Shown one piece after another: positions 34,723-43,918 of a stretch of DNA of 64,000 bases; the stretch's first letter is position 1, and every line of letters starts with the position of its first letter. The stretch covers positions 51,798-115,797 of the forward strand of contig JASLGG010000051.1 in the NCBI GenBank assembly GCA_030150265.1, read 5' to 3'. The stretch comes from Protaetiibacter sp. GTDB taxonomy: Bacteria; Actinomycetota; Actinomycetes; Actinomycetales; Microbacteriaceae. Under the pieces are notes generated by a model, which saw nothing but the letters and a program-made list of their open reading frames with translations, was not told the origin of the DNA and ran no database searches. The position numbers and the translations under genes were made by a program.

Positions 34723-35319
34723 TCAGGCGGCCGCGGCGGCCTCGAGCTTCGCGGCGCGCACCTCGCGGAGCGCCCCGGCCCAGCTCTCGAGCTGGCCGAC
34801 GAGGGTCTGCAGGCTCGAGAGGTGCTGCTCGCCCGGCGCGAAGGTGCGGAAGCCCTCGAAGTCGTGGATGAGCGACAGCGCGAGCTGCTGGCGCACGTCG
34901 GCGATCTGCAGCTCGCCGAGCACGGCGCGCAGCATGTCGGCGGCGCGCGCGCCGTTCGCGGTGGCGCCGTAGCTCACGAGCGCGGCGGCCTTGTCGTTCC
35001 ACTCGCGGTACACGAAGGAGAGCGCGTTGAGGAGCGAGGGCGACGGCGCGTGGTTGTACTCGGGGGTCACGAAGACGAAGCCGTCGAAGGAGTCGACCTT
35101 CTCGGCCCACGCGTGGGTGTGCTCGTTGGCGTAGCGGCCGGCGGATGCGGGGACCGCCTCGTCGAGGAGCGGCAGGCCGATCTCGGCGAGGTCCACGATC
35201 TCGTACTGGGCGTCGCCCACGCGCGAGGCGTGCTCCTGCACCCAGTGCGCGACCTGGTCGCCGACGCGGCCGGGGCGCGTGCTGCCGATGATGATGCCGA
35301 TGCGGAGCGGGCTGCTCAT
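34723..35319 (-). CDS. NAD(P)H-dependent FMN reductase family oxidoreductase
   Basis: Track ORF of 198 aa. 'IIIGSTRPGR' and 'FVFVTPEYNHAPSPSL'. Confidence 0.85.
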   Translation of the reverse strand: MSSPLRIGIIIGSTRPGRVGDQVAHWVQEHASRVGDAQYEIVDLAEIGLPLLDEAVPASAGRYANEHTHAWAEKVDSFDGFVFVTPEYNHAPSPSLLNALSFVYREWNDKAAALVSYGATANGARAADMLRAVLGELQIADVRQQLALSLIHDFEGFRTFAPGEQHLSSLQTLVGQLESWAGALREVRAAKLEAAAAA

Positions 35320-35340
35320 TCCGTGATCCTCCCAGGGATT

Positions 35341-35380
35341 GTTGACACGTCACCGTAACATAAGCAGTTGACGCATCAAC
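35341..35380. promoter_or_regulatory. Two related 14-bp sites in the divergent FMN-reductase/MarR intergenic region (candidate MarR operators)
   Basis: GTTGACACGTCACC (35341-35354) and GTTGACGCATCAAC (35367-35380), spaced 26 bp start to start. Each is pseudo-palindromic. Confidence 0.45.
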
Positions 35381-35405
35381 CTATTCCCGTGAGTACCCTG
35401 GCATC

Positions 35406-35915
35406 ATGGCGACGCGATCCGAGGTGAGCTCCGAGGAGTGGGACGTCTGGCGCGACTACTTCCGCGCCGGACGCGAGCTCGTCACCGCGCTCGACCGCCG
35501 CCTCCAGGACGACGCCGGCATCTCGCACCCCGAGTACCTGCTGCTGCTGAGCCTCTCCGAGGCGCCCGACCGCAGCCTCCGCACCGGCGAGCTCGCCGAG
35601 GCGCTCGCCTGGGAGAAGAGCCGCGTCTCGCACCAGGTCAGCCGGATGCAGGCGCGCGGCCTCGTCGAGCGCCGCGAGTGCGAGACCGACGCGCGCGGGG
35701 TGTGGGTCGTGCTCACCGCGGGGGGCCGCCGCGTGCTGCTGCGGGCCACCCGCGACCACGCCGAGGCGATCCGCGAGTGGTTCCTCGACATCCTGGACGA
35801 CGACGAGAAGCGCGTGGTCGGCCAGGTCGCCCGACGGATGCGCGAGACGCTCGGAACCGCGTGCGCGGAGGCCGTCCGCCGTGAGGAGGAGGCGGGAGAA
35901 CGCGCCGCCTCCTAG
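35406..35915 (+). CDS. MarR-family transcriptional regulator
   Basis: Track ORF of 169 aa. Winged helix 'LRTGELAEALAWEKSRVSHQVSRMQARGLVERRE'. Confidence 0.85.
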   Translation: MATRSEVSSEEWDVWRDYFRAGRELVTALDRRLQDDAGISHPEYLLLLSLSEAPDRSLRTGELAEALAWEKSRVSHQVSRMQARGLVERRECETDARGVWVVLTAGGRRVLLRATRDHAEAIREWFLDILDDDEKRVVGQVARRMRETLGTACAEAVRREEEAGERAAS

Positions 35916-35925
35916 GCTCGGCGGC

Positions 35926-37203
35926 GTGAGCATCCGTCCCGGCACCGCACGACGCGCACCCGTGCCCGGCTGGGTGCGGCCCGCGCCGACCCGCCGCGAC
36001 CGGCTCGCCGACCTCGCCATCGCCGGGGGGCTCTTCGTGGCCGCCGTGCTGAGCCAGCAGCTCTACCGGGTGGCGGGCGTCTACGACGAGCCCGCGGATG
36101 CCGTCACCACCTTCGCCGTGCTCGCCCTCGTGACGCTGCCGCTCGCCCTGCGCCGCAGCCATCCGATCGTCGCCGCCGCGCTCGTCTCCGCCGCCTTCGT
36201 CGCCTCCGGCGTGCTGTCGGTGCCCGAGCTGCTCATCGGCAACATCTCGCTCTTCACCGCGATCTACTCGGTCGGCGCGTGGGTCTCGCGGCGCTCGCTC
36301 GCGAACGGCGCACGCGCCGCGATCGTCGTCGGGATGGCCCTCTGGCTCTTCATCGCCCTCTTCCAGTCGGCGACCGACCCGACCGCCCTCACGGGCCTCT
36401 CGCGCGTGGGCCTGTTCTCGCCGCTCGTCGCCTACCTGCTCATCCAGGTGCTCATGAACCTGCTCTACTTCGCGGGCGCCTGGTGGTTCGGCGAACGCGG
36501 CTTCGCCTCGGCCCGCCAGCGCGCCGAGCTCGAGGAGCGCACGCGCGAGCTCGAGCGGGAGCGGGAGCGCAGCGCGGCGCAGGCGGTCGCGCTCGACCGG
36601 GTGCGCATCGCGCGCGAGCTGCACGACGCCGTGGCCCACCACGTGAGCGTCATCGGCATCCAGGCGGGCGCCGCGCGCACCGTGCTCGGCACGGACGCGG
36701 AGGCGGCATCCGCGGCCCTGCAGACGATCGAGCAGACGAGCCGCGACACCATCCGCGAGCTGCACGAGATGCTCACCACCCTGCGCGACACCGACGACGC
36801 CGTCGACTCGGCGCGCGGCGTCGAGCGGCTGCCGGAGCTCGTCGAGGCCTCGGTCGACGCGGGCGTCCCCACGAGCTATCGCGTGATCGGCGACGCCGTC
36901 GCCGTGCCCGCGATCGCGAGCGTCAACCTCTACCGCATCGCCCAGGAGGCGCTCACCAACGTGCGCAAGCACGCGGGACCCGACGCGACCGCCGACGTGC
37001 GGCTGCGCTACGGCGCCGACCACGTCGAGCTCGAGGTCGCGAACACCGGCGGGCGGGCGGTGCGCCGCCTCCCCGGCGGGCTCGGCCAGCTCGGGATGCG
37101 GGAGCGCGTCGCCGCGTCCGGCGGCACTCTCGAGCTCGGCCCGCGCAGCCGGGGCGGCTACCTCGTGCGGGCGCGCATCCCGTTGCCGGAGGCCGCCGCG
37201 TGA
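35926..37203 (+). CDS. Sensor histidine kinase (HisKA_3 / DesK-NarX type)
   Basis: GTG at 35926 in the frame of track ORF 35881..37203; the start is uncertain. About 5 TM helices, H-box 'RELHDAVAHHVS' and HATPase 'ALTNVRKHAG'. Confidence 0.85.
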   Translation: MSIRPGTARRAPVPGWVRPAPTRRDRLADLAIAGGLFVAAVLSQQLYRVAGVYDEPADAVTTFAVLALVTLPLALRRSHPIVAAALVSAAFVASGVLSVPELLIGNISLFTAIYSVGAWVSRRSLANGARAAIVVGMALWLFIALFQSATDPTALTGLSRVGLFSPLVAYLLIQVLMNLLYFAGAWWFGERGFASARQRAELEERTRELERERERSAAQAVALDRVRIARELHDAVAHHVSVIGIQAGAARTVLGTDAEAASAALQTIEQTSRDTIRELHEMLTTLRDTDDAVDSARGVERLPELVEASVDAGVPTSYRVIGDAVAVPAIASVNLYRIAQEALTNVRKHAGPDATADVRLRYGADHVELEVANTGGRAVRRLPGGLGQLGMRERVAASGGTLELGPRSRGGYLVRARIPLPEAAA

Positions 37204-37850
37204 CGCGCGTGCTGCTCGTCGACGACCAGGCGCTCGTGCGCACCGGCTTCCGCGTGATCCTCGACGCCCAGCCCGACCTCGAGGTGGTCGGCGAGGCCGG
37301 CGACGGGCACGAGGCGATCGCCGTCGCGGCGGAGGTCGCCCCCGACGTGGTGTGCATGGACGTGCAGATGCCGGGACTCGACGGGCTCGAGGCCACCCGG
37401 CGCATCGCGGCCCGCGCCGACGCGCCGGCTGTGCTCGTGCTCACCACCTTCGACCGCGACGACTACCTCTTCCGGGCGCTCGAGGCGGGCGCATCCGGGT
37501 TCCTGCTGAAGACGGCGAGCCCCGAGCAGCTCGTCGACGCGGTGCGCGTGCTCGCGCGGGGCGACGCCCTGCTCTCGCCCGCCGTCACCCGGCGGGTCAT
37601 CGAGCGGTTCGGGGCGGCGGGAAGCTCCCCCTCGGTCGCGGACGAGGTGCTGCCCGAGCTCACCGACCGCGAGGCCGAGGTGTTCCGGCTGCTCGCCGAG
37701 GGCCTCTCGAACGCCGAGATCGCGGGCCGGCTCTACGTGGGCGAGGCGACCGTCAAGACCCACGTCTCCAACATCCTGCTGAAGCTCGGCGTGCGCGACC
37801 GCGTGCAGGCCGTCGTGCGCGCCTACCGCTCGGGCTTCGTGCGCGCCTGA
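37200..37850 (+). CDS. NarL/LuxR-family response regulator
   Basis: GTG at 37200 (GTGA overlap) in the frame of track ORF 36279..37850 (216 aa). REC 'VLLVDDQ', 'MDVQMPGLDG' plus HTH 'LTDREAEVFRLLAEGLSNAEIAGRLYVGEATVKTHVSNILLKLGV'. Confidence 0.9.
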   Translation: MTRVLLVDDQALVRTGFRVILDAQPDLEVVGEAGDGHEAIAVAAEVAPDVVCMDVQMPGLDGLEATRRIAARADAPAVLVLTTFDRDDYLFRALEAGASGFLLKTASPEQLVDAVRVLARGDALLSPAVTRRVIERFGAAGSSPSVADEVLPELTDREAEVFRLLAEGLSNAEIAGRLYVGEATVKTHVSNILLKLGVRDRVQAVVRAYRSGFVRA

Positions 37851-37948
37851 GCCGCGATCCCGCTCCTCCGCCGCACGGGGTCCGCCGCGAGGGGGAGGCG
37901 GATACCGTGGGCCCCCCGTAGCGTGGGCCGCGGAACGAAGGAGGCCCC

Positions 37949-38833
37949 GTGCTCGAGATCCGGGACGTCAGCAAGACCTACGGCACGCGGCGCGTGCTCG
38001 ACGACGTGAGCTTCGATGTCGCACCCGGCCGCATGACCGGCTTCGTAGGCGCGAACGGCGCGGGCAAGACCACGACGATGCGCATCGTGCTCGGCGTGCT
38101 CGAGGCCGACGCCGGCACCGTCACCCTCGACGGCGAGCCGCTCGGCGCCACCGGTCGCCGCCGCTTCGGCTACATGCCCGAGGAGCGCGGCCTCTACCCC
38201 AAGATGAAGCTCGCCGAGCAGCTCGTCTATCTCGCCCGCCTGCACGGCCTCGCGCCCGCCGACGCCAAGACCAACACCGACGAGCTGCTCGCCCGCCTCT
38301 CGCTCACCGAGCGGGCCGGCGACGCGATCGAGAAGCTCTCCCTCGGCAACCAGCAGCGCGCCCAGATCGCCGCGGCCCTCGTGCACGACCCCGAGGTGCT
38401 CATCCTCGACGAGCCGTTCAGCGGGCTCGACCCGATGGCGGTCGACGTCGTCGTCGAGGTGCTCGCCGACCGGGCGCGCAGCGGGGTGCCCGTGCTGTTC
38501 TCGAGCCACCAGCTCGACATCGTCGAGCGGCTCTGCGACGACCTCGTGATCATCGCGGGCGGCGCCATCCGGGCCGCCGGATCGCGCGACGCGCTGCGCG
38601 CCGAGCACGCCACCCTCCGCTACCAGCTGCAGACCGACGGCGACGCCGGCTGGGTGCGCGACGAGGCCGGCATCACCGTGATCGAGGCGGACGGCGGCTA
38701 CGCGCTGTTCGACGCCGCCGACCCGGAGGCCGCTCAGCGCGTGCTCGCGGCCGCCGTCGCGCGCGGCGGGGTGTCCGACTTCGCGCGCCAGCATCCGTCC
38801 CTCTCCCAGATCTTCAAGGAGGTCGTCCGATGA
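37949..38833 (+). CDS. ABC transporter ATP-binding protein (ABC-2 exporter type)
   Basis: Track ORF of 294 aa. Walker A 'GANGAGKTT', signature 'LSLGNQQR', Walker B 'LILDEPFSGLD'. Confidence 0.9.
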   Translation: MLEIRDVSKTYGTRRVLDDVSFDVAPGRMTGFVGANGAGKTTTMRIVLGVLEADAGTVTLDGEPLGATGRRRFGYMPEERGLYPKMKLAEQLVYLARLHGLAPADAKTNTDELLARLSLTERAGDAIEKLSLGNQQRAQIAAALVHDPEVLILDEPFSGLDPMAVDVVVEVLADRARSGVPVLFSSHQLDIVERLCDDLVIIAGGAIRAAGSRDALRAEHATLRYQLQTDGDAGWVRDEAGITVIEADGGYALFDAADPEAAQRVLAAAVARGGVSDFARQHPSLSQIFKEVVR

Positions 38834-39930
38834 CCGCCGTGCGCACCCCCACGACCGCCCGCCCCTACTCCACCGCGCGCACCGTGTGGCTCGTCGCGAT
38901 GCGCGAGGTGATGGTGCGCCTGCGCAGCGTCGCCTTCCTCGTGTCGACCGGCATCCTGCTGCTGCTCCTGCTCGGCTCGGTGCTCGTGAGCGCCGTCGTC
39001 GCGGCGACGGCCGAGCCGCCCAAGGTGGCCGTCGTCTCGGGGGTCGAGCTGCCCTCCGGCAGCGAGCTGCGGGTGACCGACGTCGCCACCGTCGACCAGG
39101 CGGAGAAGCTCGTGCGCGCCGGCGACGTCGACGCCGCGATCGTGCCGGATGCCGGACAGCTCGGCTACGCGGTGGTCGGCAAGGACAGCGCACCGCTCGG
39201 CGTCGTGCAGGCGCTCAGCGTGGCGCCGCCCGTGCACCTGCTCGACGACAGCGGCGCCGGCGGCTTCCTCGCCTACCTCGTCGCGATCGGCTTCGGCCTC
39301 GTGTTCTTCGTCTCGGCCATGACCTTCGGGCAGACGATCGCGCAGTCGGTCGTGGAGGAGAAGCAGACGCGCGTCATCGAGATCCTGCTCGCGGCGATCC
39401 CGACGCGGGCGCTGCTCGCGGGCAAGGTGGTGGGCACCACGATCCTCGCCTTCGGGCAGATCGCGCTGCTCATCGCGATCGCGATCATCGCGCTGTCGGT
39501 CACGGGCCAGAGCGCGCTGCTGCTCGGCCTGGGCCTGCCGTTCGTGTGGTTCGTGCTGTTCTTCGTGCTCGGCTTCGTGCTGCTCGCCTCGCTGTTCGCG
39601 GCGACCGGCGCCATGGTGTCGCGCCAGGAGGACATCGGCTCGACCACGACCCCCGTCACGATGCTCGTGATGCTGCCGTACTTCATCGTCGTGTTCTTCA
39701 ACGACAACCCGCTCGTCGTGGGGATCATGTCGTACGTGCCGTTCTCGGCGCCGATCGGGATGCCGTTGCGGCTGTTCCTCGGCAACGCGCAGTGGTGGGA
39801 GCCGCTGCTGTCGCTCGGCATCCTCGCGGTCACCTGCGTCGGCGTGATCGCCCTCGGCGCGCGCATCTACGAGAACTCGCTCCTGCGCCTCGGCCAGCGC
39901 GTGAAGCTCGCGGAGGCCCTCAAGGGCTGA
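38830..39930 (+). CDS. ABC-2 family transporter permease
   Basis: Track ORF of 366 aa with an ATGA overlap onto the ATPase. One N-terminal TM, a large loop, then 5 TM helices. Confidence 0.85.
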   Translation: MTAVRTPTTARPYSTARTVWLVAMREVMVRLRSVAFLVSTGILLLLLLGSVLVSAVVAATAEPPKVAVVSGVELPSGSELRVTDVATVDQAEKLVRAGDVDAAIVPDAGQLGYAVVGKDSAPLGVVQALSVAPPVHLLDDSGAGGFLAYLVAIGFGLVFFVSAMTFGQTIAQSVVEEKQTRVIEILLAAIPTRALLAGKVVGTTILAFGQIALLIAIAIIALSVTGQSALLLGLGLPFVWFVLFFVLGFVLLASLFAATGAMVSRQEDIGSTTTPVTMLVMLPYFIVVFFNDNPLVVGIMSYVPFSAPIGMPLRLFLGNAQWWEPLLSLGILAVTCVGVIALGARIYENSLLRLGQRVKLAEALKG

Positions 39931-39940
39931 GAATGGGTGG

Positions 39941-41002
39941 GTGACCCTGCACGACACGAGCTTCCGCGGCTTCGCGAGCGACAACTACGCCGGCATCCAC
40001 CCGGAGGTGCTCGCGGCCATCGCGGACGCCAACGGCGGACACCAGATCTCCTACGGCGAGGACGTCTACACGGCGCGCCTCGGCGAGGTGATCCGCGCCG
40101 AGTTCGGCGAGCAGGCCGAGGTGTTCCCCGTCTTCAACGGCACGGGCGCCAACGTCGTGGCGCTCACCGCACTGCTGCCCCGCTGGGGCGCGGTGGTGGC
40201 GACGAGCACCGCCCACATCCACACCGACGAGGGCGGCGCCCCCGAGAAGGTCGCCGGCCTCAAGCTCTTCGTCGTGCCGACCCCCGACGGCAAGCTCACG
40301 CCCGAGCTGCTCGCGACCCAGGCCTGGGGCATGGACGACGAGCACCGCGCCGCTCCCGCCGCCGTCTCGATCACCCAGACCACCGAGCTCGGCACCCTCT
40401 ACACCCCCGCGGAGGTGCGGGCCATCGCGGATGCCGCCCACGCGGCCGGCCTCGCGGTGCACATGGACGGCGCGCGCATCTGGAACGCGGCCGCCGCGCT
40501 CGGCGTGCCGTTCCGGGAGTTCACCACGGATGCCGGGGTCGACATCCTGAGCTTCGGCGGCACCAAGATCGGTGCGCTCGGCGTCGAGGCGATCGTCGTG
40601 CTGAGCCCCGAGCGGGTCTCCGACATCGTGCGGCTGCGCAAGACCTCGATGCAGCTCGCGAGCAAGCTGCGCTTCTTCAGCGCCCAGCTGCTGGCGCTCT
40701 TCGACGGCGTCGGGATGCGCGCCGCCGCGAACGCGAACGCGATGGCCGACCGGCTGCGCACCGCGCTCGAGGCGAGCCTCGCCGACGGCTCGATCACGGG
40801 ACTCGGGTTCAGCCAGGCCACGGAGGCGAACGCCGTGTTCGCGGTGCTCGCGAACGACGCGGCCGACCGCATCCGCGCCCGCTTCCGCTTCTACGACTGG
40901 GATCGCGCGGCCGGCCAGGTGCGCTGGATGACGTCGTTCGACACGACCGAGGCCGACATCGACGCCTTCGTCGCCGCGATCCGCGAGGAGCTCGCTCGCT
41001 GA
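39941..41002 (+). CDS. Threonine aldolase family PLP enzyme (Beta_elim_lyase)
   Basis: Track ORF of 353 aa with a GTG start. 'FASDNYAGIHPEVL', 'HMDGARIWNA' and PLP-lysine 'SFGGTKIG'. Confidence 0.88.
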   Translation: MTLHDTSFRGFASDNYAGIHPEVLAAIADANGGHQISYGEDVYTARLGEVIRAEFGEQAEVFPVFNGTGANVVALTALLPRWGAVVATSTAHIHTDEGGAPEKVAGLKLFVVPTPDGKLTPELLATQAWGMDDEHRAAPAAVSITQTTELGTLYTPAEVRAIADAAHAAGLAVHMDGARIWNAAAALGVPFREFTTDAGVDILSFGGTKIGALGVEAIVVLSPERVSDIVRLRKTSMQLASKLRFFSAQLLALFDGVGMRAAANANAMADRLRTALEASLADGSITGLGFSQATEANAVFAVLANDAADRIRARFRFYDWDRAAGQVRWMTSFDTTEADIDAFVAAIREELAR

Positions 41003-41005
41003 GAC

Positions 41006-41119
41006 TGCGGCGGGAGCAACCACCCCGGTGGCGGGAGAAGTTGCGCAACCGGGCGGAGCACCGCACATGCGGCGGGAGCAACTGCCCCCGCCGCATGACG
41101 GCTTCGCCGCCCGGAGGCC
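41006..41119. repeat. Intergenic GC-rich repeat element, copy 2 (GGCGGGAG hairpin family)
   Basis: TGCGGCGGGAGCAAC, GGTGGCGGGAGAAG, and the hairpin ATGCGGCGGG-AGCAACTGC-CCCGCCGCAT (41067-41096). The tail GACGGCTTCGCCGCCCGGAGGCC resembles 24498-24523. Confidence 0.6.
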
Positions 41120-41159
41120 ACGAATCGCCCGGGCGGAGGGCGCGGCGTAGGCTCGACGG

Positions 41160-42890
41160 GTGACGAGGTCGCCTGCCGAGATGCCCTGGCTCGACTCCTA
41201 CGCGGACGGCGTTCCGCGTGAGCTCGAGGTGCCGCCGGGCTCGCTCAGCGACCTCATCGCCGAGTCCGTCGCCGCCTACCCCGGGCACGTGGCCCTCGAG
41301 TTCTTCGGCCGTGAGACGAGCTACGCGGCCCTCGGCGCGCAGATCGAGCACGCCGCGGAGGGACTGCGCCGGATCGGGGTGCAGCCCGGCGACCGCGTCG
41401 CCCTCGTGCTGCCCAACTGCCCGCAGCACGTCGTCGCGTTCTATGCGGTGCTGCGGGTCGGCGGCATCGTGGTCGAGCACAACCCGCTCTACACGCCGCG
41501 CGAGCTGCGCCACCAGTTCGAGGACCACCGCGCTCGCGTCGCGATCGCCTGGGACAAGACGGTGCCCACCCTGCAGGACTTCCCGAGCGACCTCGCGCTC
41601 GACCGCATCGTCTCGGTCGACATGACGCGCGCCTTCCCGCTGAAGATGCGGATGCTGCTGCGGCTCCCGATCGAGAAGGCGCGCACCAGCCGTGCCGAGC
41701 TCACGACCGAGGTGCAGGGCACGCTCCCGTGGGAGGAGCTGCTGACCGGCCCGGCGATCCCCGCATCCGTGCCGGGTCCCGCCCCCGACGACGTCGCGCT
41801 CATCCAGTACACCTCCGGCACGACCGGCACCCCGAAGGGCGCGACCCTCAGCCACCGCAACCTCGTGGCGAACGCGGCCCAGGCGCGGGCGTGGGTGCCG
41901 ACGATCCCGCGCGGGGCGGCATCCGTGCACGCCGTGCTGCCGCTGTTCCATGCCTACGGCCTGACGCTCTGCCTGACCTTCGCGATGAGCATGGGGGCGC
42001 GGCTCGTGCTGTTCCCGAAGCCCGACCCGGATCTCGTGCTGCCGGTGTTCAAGAAGCGCCCGCCGACGTTCCTGCCCGCCGTGCCGCCGCTCTACGACCG
42101 CCTGCGCAAGGCGGCCGAGGCGAAGGGCGTGTCGCTCCAGGGCATCGAGATCGCGATCTCGGGCGCCATGCCGCTCTCGAAGGATGTCGTGGAGCCGTGG
42201 GAGGCGCTCACCGGCGGCTACCTCGTCGAGGGCTACGGCCTCTCGGAGTGCTCGCCCGTGCTCATGGCGAACCCCGTCGCGCCGAACCGCCGCGCGGGCA
42301 CGGTCGGTCTGCCGCTGCCCGGCACCGAGCTGCGGGTGGTCGACCCCGACGAGCCGACCCGCGACGTCGAGCCCGGAACACCGGGCGAGCTCGTGGTGCG
42401 CGGCCCGCAGGTGTTCTCCGGCTACTGGAACAAGCCCGAGGCGACCGCGGAGGTCTTCACCGACGGCTGGTTCCGCACGGGCGACATCGTGTCGGTCGAC
42501 GACGACGGCTTCGTGACCATCACCGACCGCATCAAGGAGCTCGTGATCACGGGCGGCTTCAACGTGTCGCCGTCCGAGGTGGAGGACATGCTCCGCAACT
42601 ACGACGGGATCGCGGACGTCGCGATCGTCGGCATCCCGGATGCGCGCGACGGCGAGCACGTCGTCGCGGCGGTCGTGCCCCACCCCGGCGCGAGCATCGA
42701 CACGGCCGCGCTGCGGGCGTGGGCGAAGCAGCAGCTCGCCGCCTACAAGGTGCCGCGGCGCGTGCACCTCGTGGATGAGCTGCCGAAGTCGATGATCGGC
42801 AAGGTTCTGCGGCGCAAGGTGCGCGAGCAGCTCATCGAGCTCGAGGCTTCGACGAGCTCGACCCCACGGAAACAGGAGAGTACCCCGTAG
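41160..42890 (+). CDS. fadD: Long-chain fatty-acid--CoA ligase (AMP-binding superfamily)
   Basis: Track ORF of 576 aa. 'YTSGTTGTPKGA' and 'GWFRTGD'. The start may instead be the ATG at 41181 ('MPWLDSY'). Confidence 0.9.
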   Translation: MTRSPAEMPWLDSYADGVPRELEVPPGSLSDLIAESVAAYPGHVALEFFGRETSYAALGAQIEHAAEGLRRIGVQPGDRVALVLPNCPQHVVAFYAVLRVGGIVVEHNPLYTPRELRHQFEDHRARVAIAWDKTVPTLQDFPSDLALDRIVSVDMTRAFPLKMRMLLRLPIEKARTSRAELTTEVQGTLPWEELLTGPAIPASVPGPAPDDVALIQYTSGTTGTPKGATLSHRNLVANAAQARAWVPTIPRGAASVHAVLPLFHAYGLTLCLTFAMSMGARLVLFPKPDPDLVLPVFKKRPPTFLPAVPPLYDRLRKAAEAKGVSLQGIEIAISGAMPLSKDVVEPWEALTGGYLVEGYGLSECSPVLMANPVAPNRRAGTVGLPLPGTELRVVDPDEPTRDVEPGTPGELVVRGPQVFSGYWNKPEATAEVFTDGWFRTGDIVSVDDDGFVTITDRIKELVITGGFNVSPSEVEDMLRNYDGIADVAIVGIPDARDGEHVVAAVVPHPGASIDTAALRAWAKQQLAAYKVPRRVHLVDELPKSMIGKVLRRKVREQLIELEASTSSTPRKQESTP

Positions 42891-43888
42891 TGAAGTTCGG
42901 CATCTTCATCCCCCAGGGCTGGCGTTTCGATCTGGTCGGCGTCGACCCCGCGAGGCAATGGGGTGTCATGCACGACCTGGCGCAGGCCGCCGAGGCAGGG
43001 CCGTGGGAGTCGCTCTGGGTGTACGACCACTTCCACACCACCCCGGTGCCGAGCGAGGAGGCCACCCACGAGGCCTGGACGCTCATGGCGGCGTTCGCGG
43101 CGTCGACCTCGCGCATCCGTCTCGGGCAGATGTGCACGTGCGTGCACTACCGCAACCCCGCCTACCTCGCGAAGGTCGCGGCGACCGTCGACCTCATCTC
43201 GGGCGGCCGCGTCGAGATGGGCATCGGCGCCGGCTGGTACGAGCACGAGTGGCGCGCCTACGGCTACGGGTTCCCGGATGCGCCCGCCCGCCTGCGTGCG
43301 CTGCGCGAGGGCGTCGAGATCATGCACCAGGCGTGGACGACCGGGAAGGCGAGTCTCGACGGCGAGTTCTGGCAGGTGGACGGCGCGATCGTGGAGCCGC
43401 GTCCGCTGCAGGAGGGCGGCATCCCGTTCTGGGTCGCGGGCGGTGGCGAGAAGGTGACGCTCAGGATCGCGGCGCAGTACGCGAGGTACACCAACTTCAA
43501 CGGCGGCGCGGCGGAGTTCGCACGCAAGAGCGAGATCCTGCGCGGACACTGCGAGCGGCTCGGCACCGACTTCGACGCGATCACGCGCTCGTCGAACTTC
43601 AACACGATCGTCGCCGAGACGAGCGCCGAGGTGCACCGCAAGGTCGACGCGCTCGAGGCGCGGCTGGCCGAGTCGATGGGCGACGCGAAGGCGGCGGAGG
43701 CCGTGGCGTCGTACCGCGGCGGCCCGACGAGCGAGGGCCTCGCCGGCACGCCCGACGAGATCGTCGAGCGCCTGCGTGAGCGGCAGTCCCTCGGGCTCGG
43801 CTACAGCATCCACTACTTCCCGGACTCGGCCTACGACCGCTCGGGCGTGGAGCTCTTCGAGAAGCGGGTCATCCCCGCCCTCTCGTAG
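42890..43888 (+). CDS. LLM-class (luciferase-like) F420-dependent oxidoreductase
   Basis: Track ORF of 332 aa; the GTG start overlaps the previous TAG by 1 nt. 'KFGIFIPQGW', 'LISGGRVEMGIGAGW' and 'GGIPFWVAGGGEK'. Confidence 0.85.
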   Translation: MKFGIFIPQGWRFDLVGVDPARQWGVMHDLAQAAEAGPWESLWVYDHFHTTPVPSEEATHEAWTLMAAFAASTSRIRLGQMCTCVHYRNPAYLAKVAATVDLISGGRVEMGIGAGWYEHEWRAYGYGFPDAPARLRALREGVEIMHQAWTTGKASLDGEFWQVDGAIVEPRPLQEGGIPFWVAGGGEKVTLRIAAQYARYTNFNGGAAEFARKSEILRGHCERLGTDFDAITRSSNFNTIVAETSAEVHRKVDALEARLAESMGDAKAAEAVASYRGGPTSEGLAGTPDEIVERLRERQSLGLGYSIHYFPDSAYDRSGVELFEKRVIPALS

Positions 43889-43918
43889 GGGCGCGACGCG
43901 CGGGGCCGGCGCAGAACC

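Noticed and set aside
30348-34972. Very long alternative-frame and antisense ORFs (30348..34100 minus, 31229..34972 plus) over the AKR and putA genes
   Set aside because: putA (31238..34660, minus) has clear PRODH and ALDH motifs. The competing ORFs are Arg/Pro/Gly-rich with no motifs and cross real gene boundaries.
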